Assembly (NCBI GenBank): GCA_965613205.1
Contig: CBFDVE010000001.1
Location: 1 to 25,984, forward strand
DNA length: 25,984 bases
Source of the DNA: an uncultured Rhodospirillaceae bacterium
Lineage (GTDB): Bacteria > Pseudomonadota > Alphaproteobacteria > Rhodospirillales > JABHCV01
Direction of reading: 5' to 3'
The notes under the pieces were generated by a model that saw nothing but the letters and a program-made list of their open reading frames with translations, was not told where the DNA came from and made no database searches. How positions within the stretch are numbered: the first letter of the stretch is position 1; each line of letters starts with the position of its first letter. The position numbers and the translations under genes were made by a program. Of the stretch, positions 1 to 8,736 are shown in pieces.

Positions 1-37
1 CGGGCGGTTGCAGATATTCGAAAGATGTATCGCTCAT
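1..37 (-). CDS. 5' end of a CDS running off the left edge; probably a RidA/YjgF-family protein
   Basis: ATG at 37 overlaps the CoA-ligase stop (ATGA) and reads MSDTSFEYLQPP. LQPP(GW) is a start I associate with RidA-family genes in abm-type clusters, but only 12 codons are visible. Confidence 0.45.
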   Translation of the reverse strand, partial: MSDTSFEYLQPP

Positions 38-1653
38 GAGTTTTCCTTGAGTTTGAAACGCTGGACTTTTCCAGTCTGGGTTTTCGGCAGATCACCGATG
101 AATTTGACAATGCGGGGATATTTATAAGGCGCGATGGTGGCCTTGACGTGATCCTGCAAGGCCTTGGCCAGGTCGTCATCGCCACGAACGCCTTGGCGCA
201 AGACCACATGGGCGGCGACGACCATGCCGCGCTCGTCATCGGCGGCACCGACGACGCCACATTCGAGCACGCTTTGATGCAACAAAAGCGCCTGTTCGAC
301 TTCCGGGCCGGCGATGTTGTAGCCCGACGAGACGATCATGTCGTCAGACCGGGCGACGAAATGGAAATTGCCGTGTTCATCCTGGCTGAAGGTATCGCCG
401 GTCAGGTTCCAGCCGTCGCGTACGTAAATCACCTGCCGGTCGTCGGCCAGATAGCGACAGCCGGTGGGGCCGCGCACGGCCAGGCGGCCGATCTCGCCGC
501 AGGGGACTTCGGTCATGTCGTCATCGACAATCATCGCCTGATAACCCTCGACCGCCCGCCCGGTACTGCCGGGTTGGGCATCATCGAACCGGTTGGAAAT
601 GAAAATATGCAGCAGTTCGGTGGCGCCGATGCCGTCCAGCAGGGGCTTGCCGGTCTTTTCGATCCATTCATCGAAGATGGCACCGGGCAGGGTTTCCCCG
701 GCGGAGACGGCGCACCGCAGGGTCGATAAATCGGCCCCGTCGTCCATGGCCTGCAACATCACCCGGTAGGCCGTGGGCGCGGTGAAGCATATGGTTGCGC
801 CATAGGTTTCGATAATTTTGATCATTTCCGGCGGTGAGGCATTTTCCAGCAGGGTCGCCGTCGCCCCGAAGCGCAAGGGAAAGATAGCCAGCCCGCCGAG
901 GCCGAAGGTAAAGGCCAACGGCGGCGAGCCGACAAAAATGTCGTCGGGTGTGACCCGCAAAACTTCTTTGGCATAGCCGTCGGCGATGATCAGCAGATCC
1001 CGGTGGAAGTGCATGGTCGCCTTGGGAATTCCCGTGGTGCCGGAGGTAAACCCGAGCAGGGCGACATCGTCGCGACCGGTCTGAACCGCATCGAATTTGA
1101 CCGGTTTGCCCAGGGCCGCGCGATCCAGTTCCGCATCGTGGTTGGCGGTGCCGTCGAAGCCAATAACTTTTTTCAGGTATTTGCTGTCCTTGGCACAGAT
1201 CACCAGTTCATCCATCAGCCGGGTATCACAGAGCGCCAGGGCGACTTCCGCCTTGTCGATGATTTTGGTCAGTTCCATGGCCCGTAACATGGGCATGGTA
1301 TTAACCACGACGGCCCCGGCCTTGGTCGCCGCCAGCCAGCACGCGACCATGGCCGGATTGTTGGCCGAGCGGATCAGCACCCGGTTGCCCGGTTCGATAT
1401 GGAAATCTTCGACCAGGGCACGGGCCAGCCGGTTGGTCCAGTCCGACAGCTCCTTGTAAGTGCGCTGGCGGCCATTGCCGATTAACGCCGTATGATCGCC
1501 GAAGCCCTTTTCGACCATGTCATCGGTCAGCGCCACGGCGGCGTTCAGATAATCCGGATAGGGAAAATCAGCGAGCAGAAATTGCGGTTGCTGATCGTCC
1601 GGGGGCAGGTTGTCCCGGCTGAAAGTATCGCTGTGTCCCGAGGGTCCGAGCAT
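34..1653 (-). CDS. abmG: Aryl-CoA ligase, benzoate-CoA ligase family (2-aminobenzoate-CoA ligase-like), 539 aa
   Basis: ANL motifs FTSGTTGIPK, GIGATE, TGDTF, RSDDMIVSSGYNI and PKTQTGKVQR; GGGAG SD upstream of the ATG; co-oriented with the abmA-like gene. Confidence 0.88.
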   Translation of the reverse strand: MLGPSGHSDTFSRDNLPPDDQQPQFLLADFPYPDYLNAAVALTDDMVEKGFGDHTALIGNGRQRTYKELSDWTNRLARALVEDFHIEPGNRVLIRSANNPAMVACWLAATKAGAVVVNTMPMLRAMELTKIIDKAEVALALCDTRLMDELVICAKDSKYLKKVIGFDGTANHDAELDRAALGKPVKFDAVQTGRDDVALLGFTSGTTGIPKATMHFHRDLLIIADGYAKEVLRVTPDDIFVGSPPLAFTFGLGGLAIFPLRFGATATLLENASPPEMIKIIETYGATICFTAPTAYRVMLQAMDDGADLSTLRCAVSAGETLPGAIFDEWIEKTGKPLLDGIGATELLHIFISNRFDDAQPGSTGRAVEGYQAMIVDDDMTEVPCGEIGRLAVRGPTGCRYLADDRQVIYVRDGWNLTGDTFSQDEHGNFHFVARSDDMIVSSGYNIAGPEVEQALLLHQSVLECGVVGAADDERGMVVAAHVVLRQGVRGDDDLAKALQDHVKATIAPYKYPRIVKFIGDLPKTQTGKVQRFKLKENS

Positions 1654-1655
1654 GG

Positions 1656-2798
1656 TTATTCACTCCCTATGATTTGCCGTGCGATAATTATTTTTTGCAC
1701 ATCCGTTGCCCCTTCGTAGATGCGCAGGGCGCGGATATCCCGGTATAGACTTTGCACCACCGAGCCGACCCGGACGCCGTCGCCGCCATGAATTTGCACC
1801 GCCTGATCGATCACCTTCTGAGCCGCTTCGGTGGCGTACAGTTTGGCCATGGCCGCTTCCCGGGTGATCCGCGCCGCCCCCATATCTTTGGTCCAGGCGG
1901 CCCGGTAAACCAGCAGGGCCGATGCATCGATATCAACGGCCATGTCCGCCAAGTGCCCCTGAACCATTTGCAAATCATGCAAGGGCGCACCGAACAGTTG
2001 GCGTTCATCGCTGCGTTTGAGAGTCTCCTGCAAGGCCCGGCGGGCAAACCCGAGCGCCGCCGCGCCGACGGTCGAGCGGAAAATATCGAGCACCGACATG
2101 GCGATCTTGAAACCACTTCCAGGTTCTCCAATAAGCGCACTTTCGGGCAGCCGCACATCGGTGAAGGCGAGCCGCGCCAGGGGATGGGGGGCGATCACCT
2201 GTAGCCGTTCGGCGACGGTTAATCCAGTTGTATCGGCCGGCACCAGGAACGCCGACAGGCCCTTGGCCCCCGGCCCCTCGCCGGTTCTGGCGAAGACCAC
2301 ATAAACATCGGCGATGCCACCATTGGATATCCATGTTTTTTCGCCGCTCAGGATATAATCCGATCCGTCACGGGTCGCCGTCATGGCGATGTTGGCAACG
2401 TCGGACCCGGACGCCGGTTCGGTCAGGGCGAAGGCGGAAATGGCTTTTCCGGCGCGGGTTTTGCGCAACCATTGGCGCTGATCATCGGACCCGAACAGGG
2501 TCACCGCACCCATGCCCAGGCCCTGCATGGCGAAGGCGAAATCGGCCAGGCCATCGTGCCGGGCGAGGGTTTCCCGGATCAAACAAAGGGAGCGCACATC
2601 CAGGCTTTCGCCTGGCCCGGCCCCGGTCAATTCGAGAAAACCCGCCGCGCCCAGTTCTGACACCAGTCCGCGACAGGCGGCATCGATATCGTCATGGTCT
2701 ACCGGCAAGTGGCGAGCGCACCAGGCTTCCAGATGTTGCGCCAGATGCCGGTGCCGGTCGCCGAAAAACGGCCAGTCGAGAAAACTTTTATCGACCAT
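1656..2798 (-). CDS. Acyl-CoA dehydrogenase family protein, 380 aa
   Basis: Motifs [21 protein letters not shown] and [11 protein letters not shown]. The start is placed at ATG 2798 (TGATG overlap with the upstream stop) rather than the 424-aa ORF-track start. Confidence 0.92.
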   Translation of the reverse strand: MVDKSFLDWPFFGDRHRHLAQHLEAWCARHLPVDHDDIDAACRGLVSELGAAGFLELTGAGPGESLDVRSLCLIRETLARHDGLADFAFAMQGLGMGAVTLFGSDDQRQWLRKTRAGKAISAFALTEPASGSDVANIAMTATRDGSDYILSGEKTWISNGGIADVYVVFARTGEGPGAKGLSAFLVPADTTGLTVAERLQVIAPHPLARLAFTDVRLPESALIGEPGSGFKIAMSVLDIFRSTVGAAALGFARRALQETLKRSDERQLFGAPLHDLQMVQGHLADMAVDIDASALLVYRAAWTKDMGAARITREAAMAKLYATEAAQKVIDQAVQIHGGDGVRVGSVVQSLYRDIRALRIYEGATDVQKIIIARQIIGSE

Positions 2799-3601
2799 CA
2801 ATCGCCCTCGAACACGGGTTTTTCCTTGCCCACGAAAGCATGATAGGCGCGCTCGAAATCCCTGGTCTGCATACAGATCGCCTGGGCCTGGGCCTCGGCT
2901 TCGATGGCCTGTTCCGGCGACATGTTCCATTCGTGGTTAAGCTGGGTCTTGGTCATGCCGTTGGCGAATGTCGGCCCCGCAGCGATACGACTGGCCAGTT
3001 TCAGGGCGGCAGTATCGAGCTCGTCGGCCTCGTGCAGGGCGTTGAAATAGCCCCACGCATAACCTTCCTCGGCGCTCATGGTGCGCCCGGTATAGAGCAG
3101 GTCGGCGGCCCGGCCCTGGCCAATAATGCGGGGCAGGATGGCGCACGCGCCCATGTCACAGCCGGCCAGGCCGACCCGGGTGAACAGAAAACCGGTGCTG
3201 GCTTGTGGCGTCGCCAGACGCAGGTCCGAAGCCATGGCGATGATCGCCCCGGCACCGACGCAGACGCCATCGACGGCGGCAATAATCGGCTTGCCGCAGG
3301 CCAGCATGGCCTTGACCAGATCGCCGGTCATGCGGGTGAAGGCGAGCAATTGTTTCATCTCCATGGCGACCAGCGGCCCGATGATATCGTGCACGTCGCC
3401 ACCGGACGAAAAATTGCCGCCGTTGGAAGCAAACACCACGGCATGGATATCATCGGCATAGGCCAAGTCGCGAAATGTGTCCCGCAGTTCGGCGTAACTG
3501 TCGAAGGTCAGCGGGTTTTTGCGGTCCGGCCGATCCAGCGCGATGACCGCGACCGAGCCTTCCATGCGCCATTTGAAATGGCTCGGTGTGAAATCAGCCA
3601 T
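2798..3601 (-). CDS. Enoyl-CoA hydratase/isomerase (crotonase) family protein, about 267 aa
   Basis: Motifs [38 protein letters not shown] and [11 protein letters not shown]. Start uncertain among 3601, 3610 and 3619. Confidence 0.92.
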   Translation of the reverse strand: MADFTPSHFKWRMEGSVAVIALDRPDRKNPLTFDSYAELRDTFRDLAYADDIHAVVFASNGGNFSSGGDVHDIIGPLVAMEMKQLLAFTRMTGDLVKAMLACGKPIIAAVDGVCVGAGAIIAMASDLRLATPQASTGFLFTRVGLAGCDMGACAILPRIIGQGRAADLLYTGRTMSAEEGYAWGYFNALHEADELDTAALKLASRIAAGPTFANGMTKTQLNHEWNMSPEQAIEAEAQAQAICMQTRDFERAYHAFVGKEKPVFEGD

Positions 3602-3623
3602 CAGTATCATGTTCACCATCCAG

Positions 3624-4073
3624 TTATTTGAGGCGTCTAAAAATTCCGACCAGTACATTCAAATCGTCATCGACCATATGGCCGAACAAATCATTGATCA
3701 GGTCTTCGTGGGCGGCGGCCATGCGGGAAAACAAGGTTCGCCCCTGGGGCGTCAGGCAGACCAAAACCGCCCGGCGGTCATTTTTGACAGACACCCGTTC
3801 GACCTGTCCATCGGCGACCAGGCGATCAATAATGCCGGTCACGTTACCGTTCGAGACCAGCAGTTGTTTCGACAGGGCGCTCATTTTCAAACCATATTCG
3901 GCGCGGTACAGGGCGGCCAGCACATCGAACCGGGGCAAGGTGGTGTCGAACTTTTCGCGCAAATATACCCGCAACCTGTTTTCCACCGCCCGCGTCGTGC
4001 GCAACATGCGAATCCACATGCGCAGGCGGCGTTTTTCCAGGGGCGACCCCGATCTGCCCGTCAGGTCGGTCAT
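3624..4073 (-). CDS. MarR-family transcriptional regulator, 149 aa
   Basis: wHTH segment [11 protein letters not shown]...[20 protein letters not shown]...DRR; ATG 4073 overlaps the abmA stop (ATGA). Confidence 0.92.
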   Translation of the reverse strand: MTDLTGRSGSPLEKRRLRMWIRMLRTTRAVENRLRVYLREKFDTTLPRFDVLAALYRAEYGLKMSALSKQLLVSNGNVTGIIDRLVADGQVERVSVKNDRRAVLVCLTPQGRTLFSRMAAAHEDLINDLFGHMVDDDLNVLVGIFRRLK

Positions 4074-6364
4074 ACCCGCACCACCATGGCTTCGGCCCGT
4101 TCGGCCAATCGGTACATCTGATCGCGGCCGGGCAAGTAAGGGTCGGGCCATTTTTGGCTTTGCTCGCCCAATGTGGCCGCCGCGTGCAGGGTCCAATAGG
4201 GGTCGGCAAGATGGGGCCTTGCCAGGCAAACCAGATCGGCACGACCGGCCATGAGGATCGAATTGACATGATCGGGCTCGTATATATTGCCCACCGTCAT
4301 GGTCGCCACGCCAAGCTCGTTGCGAATTTTATCGGCACAGGGCGTCTGGTACATGCGGCCGTAGACCGGGTCGGCCTGGGTCGAGGTCTGGCCCGTGGAC
4401 ACGTCGATGATATCGACCCCGGCGGCCTTGAACATGGCGGCGATTTCGACCGCGTCGGCAGGCGTGATGCCGCCCCTGTCGACCCAGTCATTGGCGGAAA
4501 TGCGCACCGACATGGGCTTGTTTTGCGGCCACGCGGCCCGCATGGCGGCGAACACTTCCAGGGGATAACGCATACGGTTTTCCAGCGGCCCACCATAGTC
4601 ATCGTCGCGGATGTTCGACAGCGGCGAAATGAACGACGACATCAGGTAACCGTGGGCGGCGTGCAACTCGATCATGTCGAACCCGGCCCGCTCGGCCATT
4701 TCGGTGGCGCTAACGAACTGATCCCGCACCACATCCATATCGGCCCGGTTCATGGCCTTGGGCGTGGCATTGCCCGGCGACCAGGCCATAGCCGAGGCCG
4801 ATAGCAAGGGCCAGTTGTCTTCGATCAGCGGCGCGTCCATGTCTTGCCATCCCAGCTGGGTCGATCCCTTGCGCCCGGAATGGCCGATCTGGCAGCAGAT
4901 TTTGGCATCAGTTTCCCGGTGCACGAAGGCGGTCAGGCGGGCCCAGGCGGCTTCATGTTCGGGCGCATACAAACCCGGACATCCCGGCGTGATGCGACCA
5001 TCGGCGCTAACGCACGTCATCTCCACGTAAACCAGACCGGCGCCACCTTTCGCCCGTTCGGCGTAGTGGACGAAATGCCAGTCAGACGGGCAGCCATCGA
5101 CCGCCTTGTACTGGGCCATGGGGGAAACAACAATACGGTTGGGCACTTCCATGCCGCGCATTTTATAGGGCGTGAACATGGGCGATTTGCCGGACCCGGT
5201 CGGTTGCCCGGCCTGAACCTGGAACCAGTCTTCGGCGCTTTCCAGCCAGGCCTTGTCGCGCAGACGCAGGTTTTCGTGGCTGATCCGTTGGGAGCGGGTC
5301 AGCAGGGCATAATTGAACTGGACCGGATCGTAATCGACATAACGTTCGGCGTTTTCGAACCATTCCAGCGAATTGCGCGCGGCCGATTGCAGGCGCAGCA
5401 CTTCTAAGCGCCGTTCGTCCTGATAGCGTTCGAACGCCGCTTCCATTGTCGCTTCGCTGTGCAGATAATTAGCCAGCGAAATGGCGCTGTCAAAGGCCAG
5501 GCGGGAGCCCGAGCCGATGGAAAAATGACCGGTCGCCGCCGCGTCGCCCATCAGCACAATGTTTTCATAATGCCAGTTTTGACAAATCACCCGCGGGAAG
5601 TTCATCCACACGGCCGAGCCGCGCAAATGGTCGGCGTTGGAAATCAGTTTGTTGCCGTTCAGATGGTCGGCGAAAATGTCCTCGCACGTGGTGATGGTCT
5701 GTTCCTTGGACATAATTTCGAAACCGAACTTGTGCCAGGTTTCGTTGGTGCATTCGACGATCACGGTGGCGGTATCGGCATCGAACTGATAGGCGTGAAT
5801 CCACATCCAGCCGTGTTTGGTCTGCTCGAAAATGAAAGTGAAAGCATCGTCGAATTTCTGCTGGGTGCCGAGCCAGATGAACTTGCAGACGCGAATATCG
5901 ATGTCGGGCTTGAACTTGTTGGCGTATTGGGAACGCACGGCAGAATTGATGCCATCACAGGCGACGACCAGATCATAGTCGTCTTTATAGTCACCGGCGG
6001 AGCCGAATTCCGTTTCAAAACGCAGGTCCACACCGAGAGCGCGGGCCCGATCCTGCAAAATAATGAGCATTTTCTGGCGCCCGATACCGGCAAAACCATG
6101 ACCGCCGGAAACGGTTTTGTGGCCCTTGTGGTGGACGGCGATATCATCCCAGTAGGCGAAATTCTGACGGATCGCTTCGGCGCTTTTCGGATCGTTCCCG
6201 ATCATGTTGTCGAGCGCATCATCGGACAGCACCACGCCCCAGCCGAAGGTATCATCGGCCTTGTTGCGTTCGATCACCACCACATCATGCACCGGGTCGC
6301 GCAGCTTCATGCTGATGGCGAAATAAAGGCCCGCAGGACCGCCGCCCAGACACAAGACTTTCAT
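4070..6364 (-). CDS. abmA: Bifunctional anthraniloyl-CoA monooxygenase/reductase (salicylyl-CoA 5-hydroxylase/oxidoreductase), 764 aa
   Basis: N-terminal FAD monooxygenase ([25 protein letters not shown]) fused to an old-yellow-enzyme domain ([27 protein letters not shown]); SD GGAGAGG before ATG 6364. Confidence 0.92.
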   Translation of the reverse strand: MKVLCLGGGPAGLYFAISMKLRDPVHDVVVIERNKADDTFGWGVVLSDDALDNMIGNDPKSAEAIRQNFAYWDDIAVHHKGHKTVSGGHGFAGIGRQKMLIILQDRARALGVDLRFETEFGSAGDYKDDYDLVVACDGINSAVRSQYANKFKPDIDIRVCKFIWLGTQQKFDDAFTFIFEQTKHGWMWIHAYQFDADTATVIVECTNETWHKFGFEIMSKEQTITTCEDIFADHLNGNKLISNADHLRGSAVWMNFPRVICQNWHYENIVLMGDAAATGHFSIGSGSRLAFDSAISLANYLHSEATMEAAFERYQDERRLEVLRLQSAARNSLEWFENAERYVDYDPVQFNYALLTRSQRISHENLRLRDKAWLESAEDWFQVQAGQPTGSGKSPMFTPYKMRGMEVPNRIVVSPMAQYKAVDGCPSDWHFVHYAERAKGGAGLVYVEMTCVSADGRITPGCPGLYAPEHEAAWARLTAFVHRETDAKICCQIGHSGRKGSTQLGWQDMDAPLIEDNWPLLSASAMAWSPGNATPKAMNRADMDVVRDQFVSATEMAERAGFDMIELHAAHGYLMSSFISPLSNIRDDDYGGPLENRMRYPLEVFAAMRAAWPQNKPMSVRISANDWVDRGGITPADAVEIAAMFKAAGVDIIDVSTGQTSTQADPVYGRMYQTPCADKIRNELGVATMTVGNIYEPDHVNSILMAGRADLVCLARPHLADPYWTLHAAATLGEQSQKWPDPYLPGRDQMYRLAERAEAMVVRV

Positions 6365-6401
6365 GGAAACCCTCTCCGCCACCCTTAATTTGCCTTGTAT
6401 C

Positions 6402-6430
6402 GTTGTAGACTTATTCAAGGTATATTTCAA
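6402..6430 (-). promoter_or_regulatory. Candidate sigma70 promoter of the abm operon
   Basis: Minus strand TTGAAA (6430-6425), 17-nt spacer, TACAAC (6407-6402), in an AT-rich intergenic gap. Confidence 0.5.
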
Positions 6431-6452
6431 GTATAAACATTTAAAGCTTGAA
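6414..6452. promoter_or_regulatory. Candidate operator (TTCAAG/CTTGAA elements) overlapping both divergent -35 boxes
   Basis: TTCAAG at 6414 and 6426, inverted CTTGAA at 6447-6452, and near-palindrome TTAAAGCTTGAA at 6441-6452. Confidence 0.45.
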
Positions 6453-6476
6453 TTAAAAAGACACCGTTGGTATTTT
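6448..6476 (+). promoter_or_regulatory. Candidate sigma70 promoter of the alpha/beta hydrolase, probably giving a leaderless mRNA
   Basis: TTGAAT (6448-6453), 17-nt spacer, TATTTT (6471-6476). The ATG begins 8 nt after the -10 box and there is no SD. Confidence 0.5.
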
Positions 6477-6483
6477 TTCAATC

Positions 6484-7314
6484 ATGGAAAATCCACCCTC
6501 AAAAGCCGATTGGGATGACGCCTACGACAACGGCGGCCACATTGACGGGGCCGCTGGCTATGCGCCCAAATGGGCCAAACAGGCCCTGGCTTTTCGGGAT
6601 GCTTTGATGGCTGCCGGTCGGGCCGATCTGGACTTGGCCTATGGTCCGCAAGAGCGGGACAAACTGGATTTGTTCCGCCCCATTGGAACGGCCAGGGGGT
6701 TGGCGGTTTTTGCCCACGGTGGTTTCTGGAAAGCGTTCGACAAATCGACCTGGTCGCATTTGGCCGGGGGCGCGTTGGCCAGGGGCTGGGCCGTATGCGT
6801 ACCGAGCTACACTCTCGCCCCGCAGGCCCGGATCGGCCAGATCACCGATCAATTCGCCCGCGCGGTCCAGTTCGCCGCGCAACGTATCGAAGGCCCTATC
6901 CGCCTGGCCGGGCATTCGGCCGGCGGCCATCTGGTCTGCCGCATGGTCTGTCAGGACGGCCCTTTACAGATCGACATTTGGGGCCGCATCGAACATGTTT
7001 TGTCGATCAGCGGCGTCCACGATCTGCGCCCCCTGCGGCACACCACCATGAACGAAATTCTAGGCCTCGACGAGGCCGAGGCGGCGCGCGAAAGTGTCGC
7101 CCTGCACCGCCCGCTGGAACCCTGTTCGATCACCTGTTGGGTCGGGGCCGATGAGCGCCCGGCCTTTGTCGCCCAAAACGATTTACTGGCTCGAGTGTGG
7201 TCCGGTCCTGGAGCCATGACCGAGAGCGTTCATGCCCCAGGCAGACACCACTTCAATGTGATCGACGATTTGTGCGATCCCGAAACTGAACTGACCAAGG
7301 CATTCATCGGTTAG
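6484..7314 (+). CDS. Alpha/beta hydrolase, HSL/arylformamidase (kynurenine formamidase)-like, 276 aa
   Basis: HGGFW oxyanion motif, GHSAGGH nucleophile elbow, GADE acid, and HHFNV histidine. Confidence 0.85.
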   Translation: MENPPSKADWDDAYDNGGHIDGAAGYAPKWAKQALAFRDALMAAGRADLDLAYGPQERDKLDLFRPIGTARGLAVFAHGGFWKAFDKSTWSHLAGGALARGWAVCVPSYTLAPQARIGQITDQFARAVQFAAQRIEGPIRLAGHSAGGHLVCRMVCQDGPLQIDIWGRIEHVLSISGVHDLRPLRHTTMNEILGLDEAEAARESVALHRPLEPCSITCWVGADERPAFVAQNDLLARVWSGPGAMTESVHAPGRHHFNVIDDLCDPETELTKAFIG

Positions 7315-7892
7315 CGTAGGCCGTCTTCACCCTTCACATCGGCGGCTTCCAGGCCCCCCATGCGGCTGTGAATACGGGGGCCTTTCGACATCGCCAGGGC
7401 GAGCAACAATTCATCGTGACGGGGGCCATCGGAAACGCTGATTTCCATGGCGTCGAAATGGCTGCGCACGTAGGCGGCGTTGATGTGACCCAGGGGAATA
7501 TCGATGCGGGCACCGACCCCGCCGACCTTCATGGCCGAGGGCACAATGGCCTTGGCGACGCCCAGATGATCGCGCATCCCATAGCCCCCGGCCACATGCC
7601 ACAGCGCGGCATGTTCTATTTCACCACCTTCGCCACACAGGGCGGCCTTGCCATAGCCGTCGATCCCGTCGCCACCGCCAAGAGCGTCGATCAACATCTG
7701 GCTCATGGACAGGGCCAGGGGTTTCAAATCGTCCATGGCGCTTTGCAGGTCTTCGTGATAGCCGCCGGAAAACGGGTTTTTGACAATGGCGATGACGGCG
7801 GCGCGACGCCGTGGCGTGGCCGGTGGCGGTCCATTTTCATGATGAATTTCTTCGATGATTGTCATAGTTTTACGAAGAGTAAAATCAGCCAT
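7311..7892 (-). CDS. Amino acid synthesis family protein (DUF1185/PF06684), 193 aa
   Basis: Family-typical segments RKTMTIIEEIHHENGP, NPFSGGYHEDL, YGKAALCGEGGEIEH, AIVPS, IDIPLGHINAAYVRSHFD and GPRIHSRMGGL. Confidence 0.88.
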   Translation of the reverse strand: MADFTLRKTMTIIEEIHHENGPPPATPRRRAAVIAIVKNPFSGGYHEDLQSAMDDLKPLALSMSQMLIDALGGGDGIDGYGKAALCGEGGEIEHAALWHVAGGYGMRDHLGVAKAIVPSAMKVGGVGARIDIPLGHINAAYVRSHFDAMEISVSDGPRHDELLLALAMSKGPRIHSRMGGLEAADVKGEDGLR

Positions 7893-8736
7893 AGGCGCGG
7901 TCTCCTGTGTGTTCTGGGATCAGGACCGGCGACCCGACCTGACGAAATTGCCCTTGCAACATAAGCAGGGCTCCGGCGATGACATTGCGGTCGATCAGGG
8001 CGCTGGCGAATTGTTCACCGCCATCAAGGGCGTCGCAGACATCCCGTTCAGAGAGCGGCCCCACATATTCGGTCACCAAGCGGTCGCCCAGATCGCTGTC
8101 GGGAGCCATATGGCGAGCCGGAATTCTGGTGATCGCCGGGTGGCCCGGAAGATCAACCGCGTTGGCGATCAGGGTCGCCGCCGCATCGGCCCCGGCGGCA
8201 TTTGTCGCCACCACGGTGACCGCATCGGCGATGCCGAGCGAATGGCTGCGCCCCTGCCATCCCGATGTCGCCACGCCCCGGCTGTGATGCCGCTCGGTGA
8301 CGACGATCTTGCCAACCCGATCAGCGCCGATGGCGGCCTCGATAGATTGTCCGGGGGTGAGATAAAACGCCACATCGCCACCGTTGTTGACGATGATTTT
8401 CTCGATACCTCCCTGATCGTCCATGGCCGCCAGAATTTCATCGGCGACGGCCCCGGCGACGGCCGCCATGGGGGTGACAAAAGTCGCCAGCATGGGGATC
8501 ACGGCCTGTTGCATACGCCGCGCCACCGGGCCGTGGAACAAGCGATCCCGGTCTGCGGCCAGCCGCAATTCCGGCAACTCATGGACCAGTTCCTGCAACA
8601 AACCCCGAAACCGCCCCACGGCCAGATCGTAAGCGTCTTGCCGACCGGGGCCGATGGCCTCGATGATCAGATCAATCGGCCCTTCGTGCAAATGCAGTCG
8701 GCGGCCATCGGCCAGAATACTGGCTTCCAGGCCCAT
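7885..8736 (-). CDS. UPF0280 family protein (ApbE-like flavin transferase fold), cytoplasmic, 283 aa
   Basis: Motifs HEGPIDLII, TPMAAVAGAVAD, VNNGGD, GVATSG and ADAAATLIAN; no signal or lipoprotein peptide; TAATG overlap with hnr. Confidence 0.88.
   Translation of the reverse strand: MGLEASILADGRRLHLHEGPIDLIIEAIGPGRQDAYDLAVGRFRGLLQELVHELPELRLAADRDRLFHGPVARRMQQAVIPMLATFVTPMAAVAGAVADEILAAMDDQGGIEKIIVNNGGDVAFYLTPGQSIEAAIGADRVGKIVVTERHHSRGVATSGWQGRSHSLGIADAVTVVATNAAGADAAATLIANAVDLPGHPAITRIPARHMAPDSDLGDRLVTEYVGPLSERDVCDALDGGEQFASALIDRNVIAGALLMLQGQFRQVGSPVLIPEHTGDRAYG

Noticed and set aside
2228-3631. 467-aa plus-strand ORF
   Set aside because: Antisense shadow of the ACAD and ECH genes, Arg/Gly/Pro-rich with no recognisable motifs; typical of high-GC codon bias.
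6365-6481. N-terminal extension of the abmA ORF (803 aa)
   Set aside because: It spans the AT-rich promoter region; an SD and the Rossmann motif support ATG 6364.
6484-7314. NicD-like N-formylmaleamate deformylase of the aerobic maleamate pathway
   Set aside because: HGG/GHSAGG motifs fit the HSL/arylformamidase group, and no nicC, nicX, nicE or nicF genes are present.
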